From Spirochaetota bacterium (GTDB lineage: Bacteria > Spirochaetota > UBA4802 > UB4802): a stretch of DNA of 64,000 nucleotides. The DNA lies in the NCBI GenBank assembly GCA_037481795.1, contig JBBFLA010000005.1:25512-89511 (forward strand), written 5' to 3'. Under the pieces are notes generated by a model. That model saw nothing but the letters and a program-made list of their open reading frames with translations, made no database searches and had not been told where the DNA came from. Made by a program: the position numbers and the translations under genes. The first letter of the stretch is position 1; every line of letters starts with the position of its first letter. Of this stretch, positions 48,381 to 58,139 are shown piece by piece.

Positions 48381-49019
48381 CTATAATGCTTCATGAATAT
48401 GAATGCCCGGTATATTTGCTTTTGCTGTCTGAATCATGGATGCAGCAACATGTTTTGCTTCTACGGGTGCGTACTTTTTTAAAGGCCCTTTCAGTATATA
48501 GTGTAATGGCTTTGTACATCGTTGGGCTATATCCTCAAGAAACCGCTTTTCGTCCCTTTGGCCCACTAAAAGTGATGGCCTGAATATATGAACTCCTTCA
48601 AATGGGATTGAAGCTATATCTTTTTCCATCTGTCCTTTTGTTCTATTATAAAAAAACAGTGAATGTGGATGTGCCCCAACAGCACTGACAACCAAAAATT
48701 GTTTTGCTCCCTGTACATGAGCAATTTTAGCTGCTTTTACTACATATTCGTAATCAACCTGTTTAAATGCTTCTTTTGAGCCTGCTTTTTTCATTGTGGA
48801 ACCCAGGCAGCAAAAGACATCATCAACGGCAAATGCATTGGCTACCGTTTCAAGATTATTAAAGTCAGCAATATATTGAGTGACTGTGTTGACTTGTTGA
48901 GGAACCTTTCGCCTTGTTATAACATTAATAGTAGAGTAATAAGTATCACTGGTGAGCAACGATAGTAAATTTGAACCAACAAGACCAGTTGCACCCAGCA
49001 CACACGCTTTTTTATTCAT
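48381..49019 (-). CDS. NAD(P)H-binding atypical SDR-like oxidoreductase
   Basis: VLGATGLVGSNLL Rossmann motif at the N-terminus. 212 aa. Confidence 0.75.
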   Translation of the reverse strand: MNKKACVLGATGLVGSNLLSLLTSDTYYSTINVITRRKVPQQVNTVTQYIADFNNLETVANAFAVDDVFCCLGSTMKKAGSKEAFKQVDYEYVVKAAKIAHVQGAKQFLVVSAVGAHPHSLFFYNRTKGQMEKDIASIPFEGVHIFRPSLLVGQRDEKRFLEDIAQRCTKPLHYILKGPLKKYAPVEAKHVAASMIQTAKANIPGIHIHEAL

Positions 49020-49067
49020 AATAGTAATGTTATAAATATTTGTAATAAAGTCAACTGAAAATGAAAA

Positions 49068-49565
49068 TTATTTTTTAAACAGACGTATTTTAGGCAGGAT
49101 GAAAGGGGTGGTTTGTTTATAGTGTATATAGTCATTACCAAATTTACGTACCAGTTCTTTTTCTTCAAAAAATGCATCATAGAGTATATGAAAAAGAACT
49201 ATTGCTAATAATAGTGCTGCAGCAATTCCATGGTTAATAATAATTCCTGCACCAGTGTAATACAGCATAAGGCCCAGTGTCATGGGATTGCGGCAAAACC
49301 TGTATGGACCTGTAACAATAAGTTTTTGAGGACCAAATAAGGGGACAGGTGTTCCCTTACCTATGGTTATTTGTGAAATAACAGCCCATAGAGAGATTAA
49401 CAGGCCAATTATTCCCACTGCAACACCTATACCTGTAAGCTGTGTGGTGTGAAACGGCATGGGTAAAATTTTAAATGAAAATAGAGCGATAGTTACCGGT
49501 AATAGTATAATCCAGAAAATAATACCAACTATTGTTATAATAATTTTAAAAATCACAGATAGCAA
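49068..49565 (-). CDS. ICMT/PEMT-like membrane methyltransferase family protein
   Basis: 4-5 TM segments. The segment GPYRFCRNPMTLG resembles the R(H/N)PxY.G motif of the family. TTG start, position uncertain. Confidence 0.55.
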   Translation of the reverse strand: MLSVIFKIIITIVGIIFWIILLPVTIALFSFKILPMPFHTTQLTGIGVAVGIIGLLISLWAVISQITIGKGTPVPLFGPQKLIVTGPYRFCRNPMTLGLMLYYTGAGIIINHGIAAALLLAIVLFHILYDAFFEEKELVRKFGNDYIHYKQTTPFILPKIRLFKK

Positions 49566-49641
49566 ATCCTTTCAACATAAAATCTTTAGCCATAAAAACG
49601 TAATAATTATTACCATGTGAGATAGTAATCATACTTAAAAG

Positions 49642-50343
49642 TTAATGATGAATAAGCTCTTCTGGATTTATTGACTGCTTACCTTTATATACCTCATAGT
49701 GAAGATGTGGTCCGGTTGCTCTTCCAGTAGCACCAACAGTTCCTATCTGTTGACCTTGTTGTACCACGTCCCCAGATTTAACCAGACGCTTTTCCAGATG
49801 TGCATACAGTGTTTTTACATTGTTTTCATGTTCAATGATAATGCAATTACCGTATCCATTATTCATATATTGCGATGTAGCAACTTTGCCATTTGCACTT
49901 GCTACTACTTTAGTACCTTTTGGTGCAGCTATATCTATTCCTTTATGAAATAAATATTTTTTGGTGACGGGATTTACCCTATATCCATATTTACTGGTCA
50001 TTTTTCCTTTTGTTGGTGCAATTAAGGATTCTTCCTTACCCTTTTTGTCTTCTTCGGGTTTTTTCTCAGGTATAATTTCTTTTTTTGCATATTCATCATG
50101 GTCAACCACATCAGTAGCATTAGAAGGCTCAACAGGTACTACAAGGTTTTCTTTTCCACCAACGTTTGCATTAATTTCTTTCATAAGTGCGTGTATTTTT
50201 TTGATTATTGCTTCCTTCTTTTCAACATCAGATGCATACTGCTGTTTTACTTTTTCAGTATCAGCCTGTTTTTGCTTCACTACAGAGGCTTGAATATTTG
50301 CTAACATTGTAATAATTATTAATGTAATCCATTTTTTATTCAT
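49642..50343 (-). CDS. secreted M23 metallopeptidase (canonical motifs)
   Basis: Signal peptide, HKGIDI (HxxxD), YAHL and GATGRATGPHLHYEV. Confidence 0.9.
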   Translation of the reverse strand: MNKKWITLIIITMLANIQASVVKQKQADTEKVKQQYASDVEKKEAIIKKIHALMKEINANVGGKENLVVPVEPSNATDVVDHDEYAKKEIIPEKKPEEDKKGKEESLIAPTKGKMTSKYGYRVNPVTKKYLFHKGIDIAAPKGTKVVASANGKVATSQYMNNGYGNCIIIEHENNVKTLYAHLEKRLVKSGDVVQQGQQIGTVGATGRATGPHLHYEVYKGKQSINPEELIHH

Positions 50344-50569
50344 ATAACATTAATCTCCTTAATAAATGACATTTTACTGCAAAACGTGACTTTAAAAAAA
50401 ACTGTACAAAAGCTTCTGTCAAAAAAATTATAGATTCTGTGCTTTAATCAAAATGAAAGTTATTATCTAATATACGTTAAATCGATAAACGATAATCTTG
50501 TGATAAAGATAATCGCTATCGAAGACAATGGTACCTATAGTATATTTTCGGAAGTATTAAAGAAAAGAC

Positions 50570-53500
50570 TTACTGTGCAAGTACTTCGTTAATTACTTTT
50601 ATTATCTCTTCAATTCTGTATGGTTTTGCAATAACACCTTTGAATCCATATTCTTTATAATGTGACATCACAGGATCATTGGAATAGCCGCTTGAAACAA
50701 TAACTTTTGCATTAGGATTTATTTCTAAGATTTCCTGTACTGCCTGAACACCACCCATGGCTCCAGGTACTGTTAAATCCATTATAATAAGGTCATACGG
50801 GTTTCCTGATGCAATTGATGCTTTGTACTGTGCAATTGCCTTTTCACCAGTGTCAACCCAATCAACTTCAAAGCCATAGATATCAAGCATATGCGAAGCA
50901 ACCTCATAGATAGTGAAATCATCATCCATGAGTAGTATTCTTCCTCCTGGCGGAGCAATATGTTCTTCCTTGCCTTTGTGACTATGAATGCTTTTTTCTG
51001 TAGCATGGAGATAGATTATAAACTCTGAGCCCTGGCCAACTTCTGAATGCACTTCAAGATAGCCACCATGTCTTTTAATAATTGAAAAACTTGTTGCTAA
51101 TCCCAGGCCACTGCCATGTTGCTTAGTTGTAAAAAAAGGATCAAATATCCGTGATAAATTTTCTTTTGGAATACCAATCCCTTCATCTTTCACTGTTATC
51201 TTTACATAATTACCAGGTAACAGTGGTTTTTGCTGAGTACCATCGTATACAATATTTTCTGTTTTAATAGTAATAACTCCCCCGTGAGGCATGGATTGTG
51301 CTGCATTAATAATTAGATTTTGAAATACCTGACTCATCTGCCCCACATCTACTTCACAATTCCACATATTGGATTGTATTTCAAAATTACACCTTACATT
51401 AGAACCTGATAGTACAAACTGTGCTGTGTCTTTGATTACCTGTTCCAGTGAAGTTACTTCTTTTATTGGCTCTCCACCCTTGGAAAATGTTAAAAGCTGC
51501 TTGGTAAGGTCAGCTGCTCTCTGCGCTGCGTTTTCAATGCGTTCGATATATTCTTGATATAATTCTATATCAGTAAGTTTGACTTTCAAAATTGAAAGAT
51601 TACCAATGATGGATGTTAATAGATTATTGAAGTCATGAGCAATACCGCCAGCTAAAATACTCAGTGACTCCAATTTACTTATCTTTTGAATTTCTTTTTC
51701 CAGCCAGTATTGACCGGTAATGTCATGCATAACTATGACGGTACCAATGATGTTCCCTTCAACATATATTGGGGCACCCGATAGTTCTATAACTACATCT
51801 TTATCAGAAGATTGAAATGTCAGAGCAAAGCCACTTGTATCAAGCTCACCATATTGTAAAATTTCATTTACGGGATTTTTGAATTCTTCCCTGGTGGTAA
51901 CATAATAAAATGTGAATATTGAATTAAATGGCCTGCCAATTATATCTTCCGATGATTTGCCTGCTAATTTTTCGGCTTTGTCATTGATCAGAATAATATT
52001 GCCATGTAGATTGGTTGCTACAACACCATCATATATAGAGCGCAGCGTTGCATGCAATCGCTCAGTCTCTTCCTCAAGCTTATGTGTAGTCTCAGTGAGT
52101 TCATAATGCGTCCGTACCATTTCTTCATTCATTGCTTCCAGTTCTTCATACTGTGACTGTATTTCCTCATACTGTTGGTGAATGGTATGATACGCTTCTT
52201 TCAGTGCACTGATATCAGTGATAATGGCTATGCTTGTGTGTATTCCATCCAGTATAACCATCTGAGCTGAAATGAGGACATCAATTAGATTGCCTGTTTT
52301 TCGTTTTAGCTGGGCTTCATATTGCACTTTTGCTTCTTTCCCTTGCAAACGGTTATTATACTGGGTTAATACCTCTTTACCCAGCTCAGTATCAGCAACA
52401 ATTTGTTTTAGGTGCATGTTTTTAAGTTCTTGCGCAGTATATCCAATCATCCGTGCAAATGCACCATTTGAATAGACAAGCTTCCAGTTTTGAACCAGGA
52501 TGATGCCATCATGTGCGTTTTCAACAAGGGTACGGTAGCGAGCCTCTGAGGTGGCAAGTTGTGACAGTGCTCGCTCTTTATCGCGTCGCCACGTATTTAC
52601 CTTATCAGCAATCCCCAACGAAAACAGTATAATCATTGCCGAAGAGCCCAACTGATATCCCCATGCAGTAAAGAAGTTATCACCTAATACACCAAATGAG
52701 CGCAATCCAATAAGCAATACTCCTAATACAAAGCTTAATGTGGCAATATTGTAAAAGATTGCTTCTCTGATTTTTTTTATTTGTGCTATTATCCCAATAA
52801 CAATAACTGAAACTGAGCCAATAGCTGCCATGAGTACTGATAGCTGTGTAGCATAATAATATGGTAGTAAAAATGGTGCTAACGTAAAGAATGAGGTTAT
52901 TAATGTCATGAAAAGAACAAATATATCCAGTTTTCTTATAACAAAACGCAATGATAAAAACTCACGTGTAAAGAGCAGTATCCCGATCATTGCAAAAAAT
53001 ACAGAAAAAGGATGACATATATTGCTCCACCAGATACTTGAAGGCCACAAATATTGAGCTGCAAGTCCATTGTTAGCCATAGCAAACAGTGTCACACCAA
53101 TGATAAACATGCCAACATATAAGAAGCTTTTTTCACGAGTAGATATAAATAAAAATAAATTATAAAAAAGAAGTGCAAGCATCAGACCATAATGCATCCA
53201 TATTAATGGCAATGAGCTATTTCGCATATCTTCAAAAGCCTTTAATCCCCACAATTTTAACGGCAAAACGAGGGATCCTTCAGAACGGATTCGAAGAAAA
53301 TATGTAGTAAATCCTGGTTTTACTTCAAGGGGGAATACAAACGATCTATAGGGAAATGGACGTGATGAAAATGGGAAACGGTCACCAGTTTGTATTTTTT
53401 TAAAATGTGCACCATCGGGTATTAAAAGTGTAATATCATCAATAATGGGGTAATCATACTCCAAAAGCAATTGCACAGGTTTTTTGGATATATTTGCAAG

Positions 53501-53770
53501 AGTAAAACTTACCCATATACAGTTGTGAGAATATCCAAACGACGGGTTTATATCGGTAGATTCTTTAAATTGATTGTTTTTGTATGCGGTTATGATTTCA
53601 TTAATATCAGTATGTGGTGGCACATCACGTAAATATTGCACATACAGTCCAAGATTGGCAACATCAAAGTCATCAGTAACAAATAGTGTATCATCGGCAA
53701 AAACTGCGGTAACTATCGCCCCAAAAAAAATAACGAATGATAATAGTAGTATTATGTTCTTCTTAGGCAT
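50570..53770 (-). CDS. 7TMR-DISM hybrid sensor histidine kinase (DISMED2 - 7TM - PAS - PAS - HisKA - HATPase - REC)
   Basis: An extracytoplasmic beta-rich domain precedes seven TM segments, two PAS modules, the H-box AHDFNNLL, the N/G boxes (NLIINAAQ, GSGLGL) and a C-terminal receiver (LLMDDD...DLIIMDLTVPG...K). Confidence 0.9.
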   Translation of the reverse strand: MPKKNIILLLSFVIFFGAIVTAVFADDTLFVTDDFDVANLGLYVQYLRDVPPHTDINEIITAYKNNQFKESTDINPSFGYSHNCIWVSFTLANISKKPVQLLLEYDYPIIDDITLLIPDGAHFKKIQTGDRFPFSSRPFPYRSFVFPLEVKPGFTTYFLRIRSEGSLVLPLKLWGLKAFEDMRNSSLPLIWMHYGLMLALLFYNLFLFISTREKSFLYVGMFIIGVTLFAMANNGLAAQYLWPSSIWWSNICHPFSVFFAMIGILLFTREFLSLRFVIRKLDIFVLFMTLITSFFTLAPFLLPYYYATQLSVLMAAIGSVSVIVIGIIAQIKKIREAIFYNIATLSFVLGVLLIGLRSFGVLGDNFFTAWGYQLGSSAMIILFSLGIADKVNTWRRDKERALSQLATSEARYRTLVENAHDGIILVQNWKLVYSNGAFARMIGYTAQELKNMHLKQIVADTELGKEVLTQYNNRLQGKEAKVQYEAQLKRKTGNLIDVLISAQMVILDGIHTSIAIITDISALKEAYHTIHQQYEEIQSQYEELEAMNEEMVRTHYELTETTHKLEEETERLHATLRSIYDGVVATNLHGNIILINDKAEKLAGKSSEDIIGRPFNSIFTFYYVTTREEFKNPVNEILQYGELDTSGFALTFQSSDKDVVIELSGAPIYVEGNIIGTVIVMHDITGQYWLEKEIQKISKLESLSILAGGIAHDFNNLLTSIIGNLSILKVKLTDIELYQEYIERIENAAQRAADLTKQLLTFSKGGEPIKEVTSLEQVIKDTAQFVLSGSNVRCNFEIQSNMWNCEVDVGQMSQVFQNLIINAAQSMPHGGVITIKTENIVYDGTQQKPLLPGNYVKITVKDEGIGIPKENLSRIFDPFFTTKQHGSGLGLATSFSIIKRHGGYLEVHSEVGQGSEFIIYLHATEKSIHSHKGKEEHIAPPGGRILLMDDDFTIYEVASHMLDIYGFEVDWVDTGEKAIAQYKASIASGNPYDLIIMDLTVPGAMGGVQAVQEILEINPNAKVIVSSGYSNDPVMSHYKEYGFKGVIAKPYRIEEIIKVINEVLAQ

Positions 53771-53932
53771 TATTGTAAACCTTATAAATGATAATACTGG
53801 TATTTGTGATTTAATTCAAATGTTTTTTAAGATAATTGTAACGTTATGGTGGAAAATTTTATATTGACAGTATATTTGTAAAGTATTTATTGGTATATAA
53901 GATTTGTATATTCAGCAAAAGGGTTTTGTAGT

Positions 53933-54073
53933 ATGGCACACTATAAGCTTGATGGGGCAAAATTTGAATCGCTTGAAGAATTAAAAGAAGTTATGTGGCA
54001 GCTATATAAAGACAAGATGTCTCGTGAAGAATTTGAAAAGTACGTTGAACAGAATGTTCAGATTTCCGAATAA
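53933..54073 (+). CDS. possible 46-aa helical small protein (below ORF-track cutoff)
   Basis: An ATG opens MAHYKLDGAKFESLEELKEVMWQLYKDKMSREEFEKYVEQNVQISE, ending in TAA. There is no strong RBS. The 3-prime end overlaps the convergent HAD gene by 16 nt. Confidence 0.3.
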   Translation: MAHYKLDGAKFESLEELKEVMWQLYKDKMSREEFEKYVEQNVQISE

Positions 54074-54834
54074 TTTTTTACTATTGTGTCAATCAACTCA
54101 CTAAAACCACCGGGTCCAGTTTTTTCTGTTCTATGTATTGCAGGGCATAGCTTCTTTATAGTTTTCCATAAATCTTTTCTTCCAACAAAATAAGCTTTAT
54201 CAACTGTATTAAACATGTCTGCATCATTAATGCCATCGCCTATCGCATATGAGTATACTGTAGCATATTTTTCCCGGTACATTGTCTGTATCACCTGAAC
54301 TGCATTCCCTTTATTAACAGTGCTATCAATAACACAAAAAAACCTCCCACCGGTTGTTATGGCAATACCATACCGGGTAAGTTTTTTGTTAATTTTTTTA
54401 ATATCAAGCGGATTGGGTGCTATGAATAACACGGATGCCATGCGTGCCATCATATCCTTAACTTCTTTTATGGAAAGCCCGGTGTATGCCGATAGTTCCT
54501 GCGATGAAAGGGTATCTGCCCACACTACCTTATCACATGCCTGTTCTATCACGGGTTTATACGTGAGTAGTTTGTCATACGATTTACCATACAGAATATA
54601 GCTTGCATCTGGTTTGGCAATACCAGCGCCATTTTCAAAGATAAACGGGTAGATAAGTGAAAGCTCTTTGTGTAGCTTCAGCATTTCAGCATACGTTTTG
54701 CTTGATACTAAAATAAGAGGGATGCCCCTGCCGACAAGCTTTTGTATCGCCGGCAGGGATAGTGTATATGAATATGTGGTGTAATCAAGAATGGTTCCGT
54801 CTATATCAGAAAATACAACAGGGAACACATCCAT
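54058..54834 (-). CDS. HAD-IIB hydrolase, mannosyl-3-phosphoglycerate-phosphatase-like (YedP family)
   Basis: FSDIDGTILD motif I, VSSKT motif II and GDGINDADM motif IV. Confidence 0.78.
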   Translation of the reverse strand: MDVFPVVFSDIDGTILDYTTYSYTLSLPAIQKLVGRGIPLILVSSKTYAEMLKLHKELSLIYPFIFENGAGIAKPDASYILYGKSYDKLLTYKPVIEQACDKVVWADTLSSQELSAYTGLSIKEVKDMMARMASVLFIAPNPLDIKKINKKLTRYGIAITTGGRFFCVIDSTVNKGNAVQVIQTMYREKYATVYSYAIGDGINDADMFNTVDKAYFVGRKDLWKTIKKLCPAIHRTEKTGPGGFSELIDTIVKNYSEI

Positions 54835-54836
54835 GC

Positions 54837-57461
54837 TTACTTTACCGGTACATCTTCAGGCTTCACTAAAAGAAACTCAACGCGGCGGTTTCGTCTTCGG
54901 TTTTCAACGCTTGTGTTGGGTAAAAATGGTGATGTTTCTCCCATACCGCGTGATGATAAGCGCTTTTTATCAATGCCCTTTTTAACAAGATAATCCATAA
55001 CCGATTGAGCTCGCGCTTCAGAAAGCTTCAGGTTATACTGTTCCTCACCTATGTCGTCAGTATGCCCTTCAATCAAAACGTTGTACTTCTCGTATTTGTT
55101 CAATATCTCAGCAACTCTGTTTAAAATAGGGAATGCTTTCCCGGTTAATTTTGCACTGTCAAATGCAAATTCAATGTTACTGATGCGAATCTTTAATCCT
55201 CGTTCTGTCACCATGACCAGTACATCAATGGGTAACTTTATGCGTTTTGTCTTTGCAGAATTTCCGGTTATATCGATGGCCGATAATTCCATGAAGTAAT
55301 CCGCGGCAGATTCAACAAGCTCATTGTTTATCCCAATGCCATCCCACTTGAGCTCTGCAGGCGCTTCAGTGCCTTTGAATGTTTTAAATACATATCCAGC
55401 TGGTGCATAGATTACCAATTCCCAGCTTCTGATTCCAACATTATCGTTAAGAGTTGGGGTTATGGTGAGAATATCGTTTTCTCCATCACCATCAGGTGAG
55501 AAAAGCCCGGGTTCATAGGATAGATTGACATCAGGTGGAGTATTATCAATGGTAAAAGATTTTACGAATGACTGTGGGTTATTGCCACTTAAATATTCAG
55601 CACTAAATCTGTAGCGATAGATGCCATCATTTAGTTTTTTGCCTTTGTCTGTCATGCAATCCCAGGTAATTGTTTTTGGTATCACCTGGCCTTCAGTCTG
55701 ATATACAGGCTTATCCTTTTCATCAGTTACAACCAGTTGCCATTTAACAAGGTCTTTGGTGTCAGAGACTATAGGGGTAAATACTATAGTGTTGTGTAAT
55801 GCATGTGAAAAATATTCCCGTGATGCACTGATATCTACTGTCTGGTACTGGCGGGTTAAACTGATTTCACGGATTGTAGCCTGTGCTTTATTGCCCGCAT
55901 TGTCGGTGCATTGAATCTGATAGATATACAGTCCTTCAGGTACATCATTGCCAGCGTCATCTTTACCATCCCATACCAGTGTTTTGGGAATTTCAGCACC
56001 CTGAAACGTAAATTTTTTTACAATTTTCCCATCTTTATCTATAAACGTTGCATGCCATACATCATTACCTTGAGTCTTTATAGTTTGGATTATCTTTAAA
56101 GTATCCTTACGGCCATCATTGTTTGGTGAAAAGAATCGGTCTTCAACAGAGAGTTCAACAACAGGAGGAGTATTATCTATAGTAATAACCCCGCTCACCT
56201 CAGGTGATATGTTATCTCGCTCATCCCATGCCATAAATGCATATACATAGTCACCGTCTGGCAAAACATTTGCATTGGTATCGGTGCCATCCCAGAAAAT
56301 GGTTTCAGGAACCACGGCGGATTCCTTTGGAGTCCATATCTTCTGTATAAAACTTTTTACTGTCAGTGATTCTTCAACATCTCTATCGCTTACCCTGAAT
56401 TCTTTAACTACAGTTCCTGCATCATTTCTAATCTGTAATCGCCAACCACCAATCTTGCTTGCATCGCTCACACTTACATTAAACAGTACAAAATCCTGAA
56501 CTCCATCCGTATTGGGGGATATATATCGCTGGCTTGCGTTTACAGCAGTTTGTGGTGGCTCCTTATCTAACCTTCCATAGCGTACCTGTGTACCAACATA
56601 ATGGACAAAATCAGTCTTTTTATAATGTACCAGTGCATAATTAAATTCGGCCTGATATTCCTGCCCGGTGAGCCTGTAGCCAGCGCCTGCCGAAAAATCA
56701 GCATATTTGTACGGTCCAGGGGCCATAAAACCCAAACGAACAAAATAAGTATTTTTATAAACACCTTCGGCACCAACCTTTACTGCTATCTCATCATATT
56801 GTACTAAAGTATAATCATTAAGCAGGCTCACCTGGATATCATTTCTTTTATACAATGGGAGCGTATAGCCAGCAGTTACCTGATTCATGTCGGCAAAATC
56901 CCTGTCACTTCCCATTGGGAGCCCTGCATTAAGAGCAATACCAATGGTTGGGGAATACAAGCCAAAGCCTTTACCAATATCAACATTAAAAGCAGTTTGA
57001 TACATGCTGCCAAGAGTGATACCTGTAAAATATGCACCAGAGTCAGGTCCATTGCCTAACAAAAATGATAGCGATACACCCATGGAAAGCCGCCGTGTAA
57101 ATTCTTTGGCACCACCCACTGCAAACTGATAGCCATTGAGGGTGTCAGAGCCAGAGATCATCCTGAATGCACCTGCAATGACACCGTATGAGGTGGGAAA
57201 GCCTGCAACTACTGATGGATTATAGTAATCAAAAAGGAGATTGCCATAGTTAAATGAGCCAATAAAACGCTCTTCTTTTGCAATAGCTGCCGGGTTTATA
57301 AAGAAGGTGTCAGAGCCAGAGTAGGCAACACCGGTATCAGCTCTTCCAAACATGCTGGCACTGCCTCCAAGCAGCATCAGTGCAGTACCATCAGAAGCAG
57401 CATGTACTATGGTGTCAGAGCAAATAAATAGTATAGCAATGATAACAAAACGGATTTTCAC
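54837..57461 (-). CDS. large outer-membrane protein: N-terminal barrel-like region, four FlgD-Ig-like modules, C-terminal OmpA peptidoglycan-binding domain
   Basis: Signal peptide. Four repeats of FSPN.DG..D...W.L...D..G......WDG.D..G..VPDG.Y.Y...A.D.AGN...IDNTPP. The C-terminus FAFDSAKL...EGHTDDIGEEQYNLKLSEARAQSV...NRRVEF is an OmpA domain. Confidence 0.85.
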   Translation of the reverse strand: MKIRFVIIAILFICSDTIVHAASDGTALMLLGGSASMFGRADTGVAYSGSDTFFINPAAIAKEERFIGSFNYGNLLFDYYNPSVVAGFPTSYGVIAGAFRMISGSDTLNGYQFAVGGAKEFTRRLSMGVSLSFLLGNGPDSGAYFTGITLGSMYQTAFNVDIGKGFGLYSPTIGIALNAGLPMGSDRDFADMNQVTAGYTLPLYKRNDIQVSLLNDYTLVQYDEIAVKVGAEGVYKNTYFVRLGFMAPGPYKYADFSAGAGYRLTGQEYQAEFNYALVHYKKTDFVHYVGTQVRYGRLDKEPPQTAVNASQRYISPNTDGVQDFVLFNVSVSDASKIGGWRLQIRNDAGTVVKEFRVSDRDVEESLTVKSFIQKIWTPKESAVVPETIFWDGTDTNANVLPDGDYVYAFMAWDERDNISPEVSGVITIDNTPPVVELSVEDRFFSPNNDGRKDTLKIIQTIKTQGNDVWHATFIDKDGKIVKKFTFQGAEIPKTLVWDGKDDAGNDVPEGLYIYQIQCTDNAGNKAQATIREISLTRQYQTVDISASREYFSHALHNTIVFTPIVSDTKDLVKWQLVVTDEKDKPVYQTEGQVIPKTITWDCMTDKGKKLNDGIYRYRFSAEYLSGNNPQSFVKSFTIDNTPPDVNLSYEPGLFSPDGDGENDILTITPTLNDNVGIRSWELVIYAPAGYVFKTFKGTEAPAELKWDGIGINNELVESAADYFMELSAIDITGNSAKTKRIKLPIDVLVMVTERGLKIRISNIEFAFDSAKLTGKAFPILNRVAEILNKYEKYNVLIEGHTDDIGEEQYNLKLSEARAQSVMDYLVKKGIDKKRLSSRGMGETSPFLPNTSVENRRRNRRVEFLLVKPEDVPVK
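57141..57151 (+). repeat. GGTGTCAGAGC copy 1 (inside the OmpA-like gene, antisense to it)
   Basis: Exact 11-mer. The 16 nt GGTGTCAGAGCCAGAG are identical to copy 2. Confidence 0.95.
57306..57316 (+). repeat. GGTGTCAGAGC copy 2 (inside the OmpA-like gene)
   Basis: Exact 11-mer, followed by CAGAG as in copy 1. Confidence 0.95.
57411..57421 (+). repeat. GGTGTCAGAGC copy 3 (inside the OmpA-like gene, signal-peptide region)
   Basis: Exact 11-mer. Confidence 0.95.
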
Positions 57462-57654
57462 GATTATCCTCCTGTATAAGTGTGGAATTTTTATATTTTT
57501 TTTACATTCATTATACGCAAAATATTTTTTGTCAAGTGGTTATATTTTTACATAGGGGAATTGACAAAGGTCAAAATGATTAGTATTTTAGAATATACTT
57601 TATAAATGCTATTTAAGTGAGTATTAATAAACATTTTATCATGAGGATAGAACA

Positions 57655-58128
57655 ATGAAAGAAGATATTTTATTAAACAAACCTGCTCCCCAATTCAAGC
57701 TCCCTGATAAAGATAAACAGGTAGTAGAAAGCAATAATTTCAGAGGCAAGTGGGTAGTTGTTTATTTTTATCCCAAAGACAATACCCAAGGATGTACCCT
57801 GGAAGCTATCGATTTTACCAAAAGCATAAATGAATTTAAAGATTACAATGCTGTTGTTTTAGGCATTAGCCCCGATAGCCCTGAAAGCCATTGCAGATTT
57901 TATGATAAACATAACCTTAATCTGATTCTCTTGTCGGATACTGATCATACAGTGGCAAAAGCATACGGGGTATGGAAAAAAAAGAGCATGTATGGCAAAA
58001 ACTTTATGGGGATAGAGCGAAGTACATTCCTGATTGATCCTGAAGGCAGGGTCAGAGCAGTATGGCGAAAGGTTAAGGTGCCAGGGCATGTTGAAAAAGT
58101 ATTGCAAACGATCAAATCTTTACAGTAA
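57655..58128 (+). CDS. bcp: thiol peroxidase / peroxiredoxin Bcp
   Basis: The segment FYPKDNTQGCTLEA carries the peroxidatic Cys. AhpC/TSA fold length (157 aa). Confidence 0.9.
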   Translation: MKEDILLNKPAPQFKLPDKDKQVVESNNFRGKWVVVYFYPKDNTQGCTLEAIDFTKSINEFKDYNAVVLGISPDSPESHCRFYDKHNLNLILLSDTDHTVAKAYGVWKKKSMYGKNFMGIERSTFLIDPEGRVRAVWRKVKVPGHVEKVLQTIKSLQ

Positions 58129-58139
58129 AGGAGGTTGCC

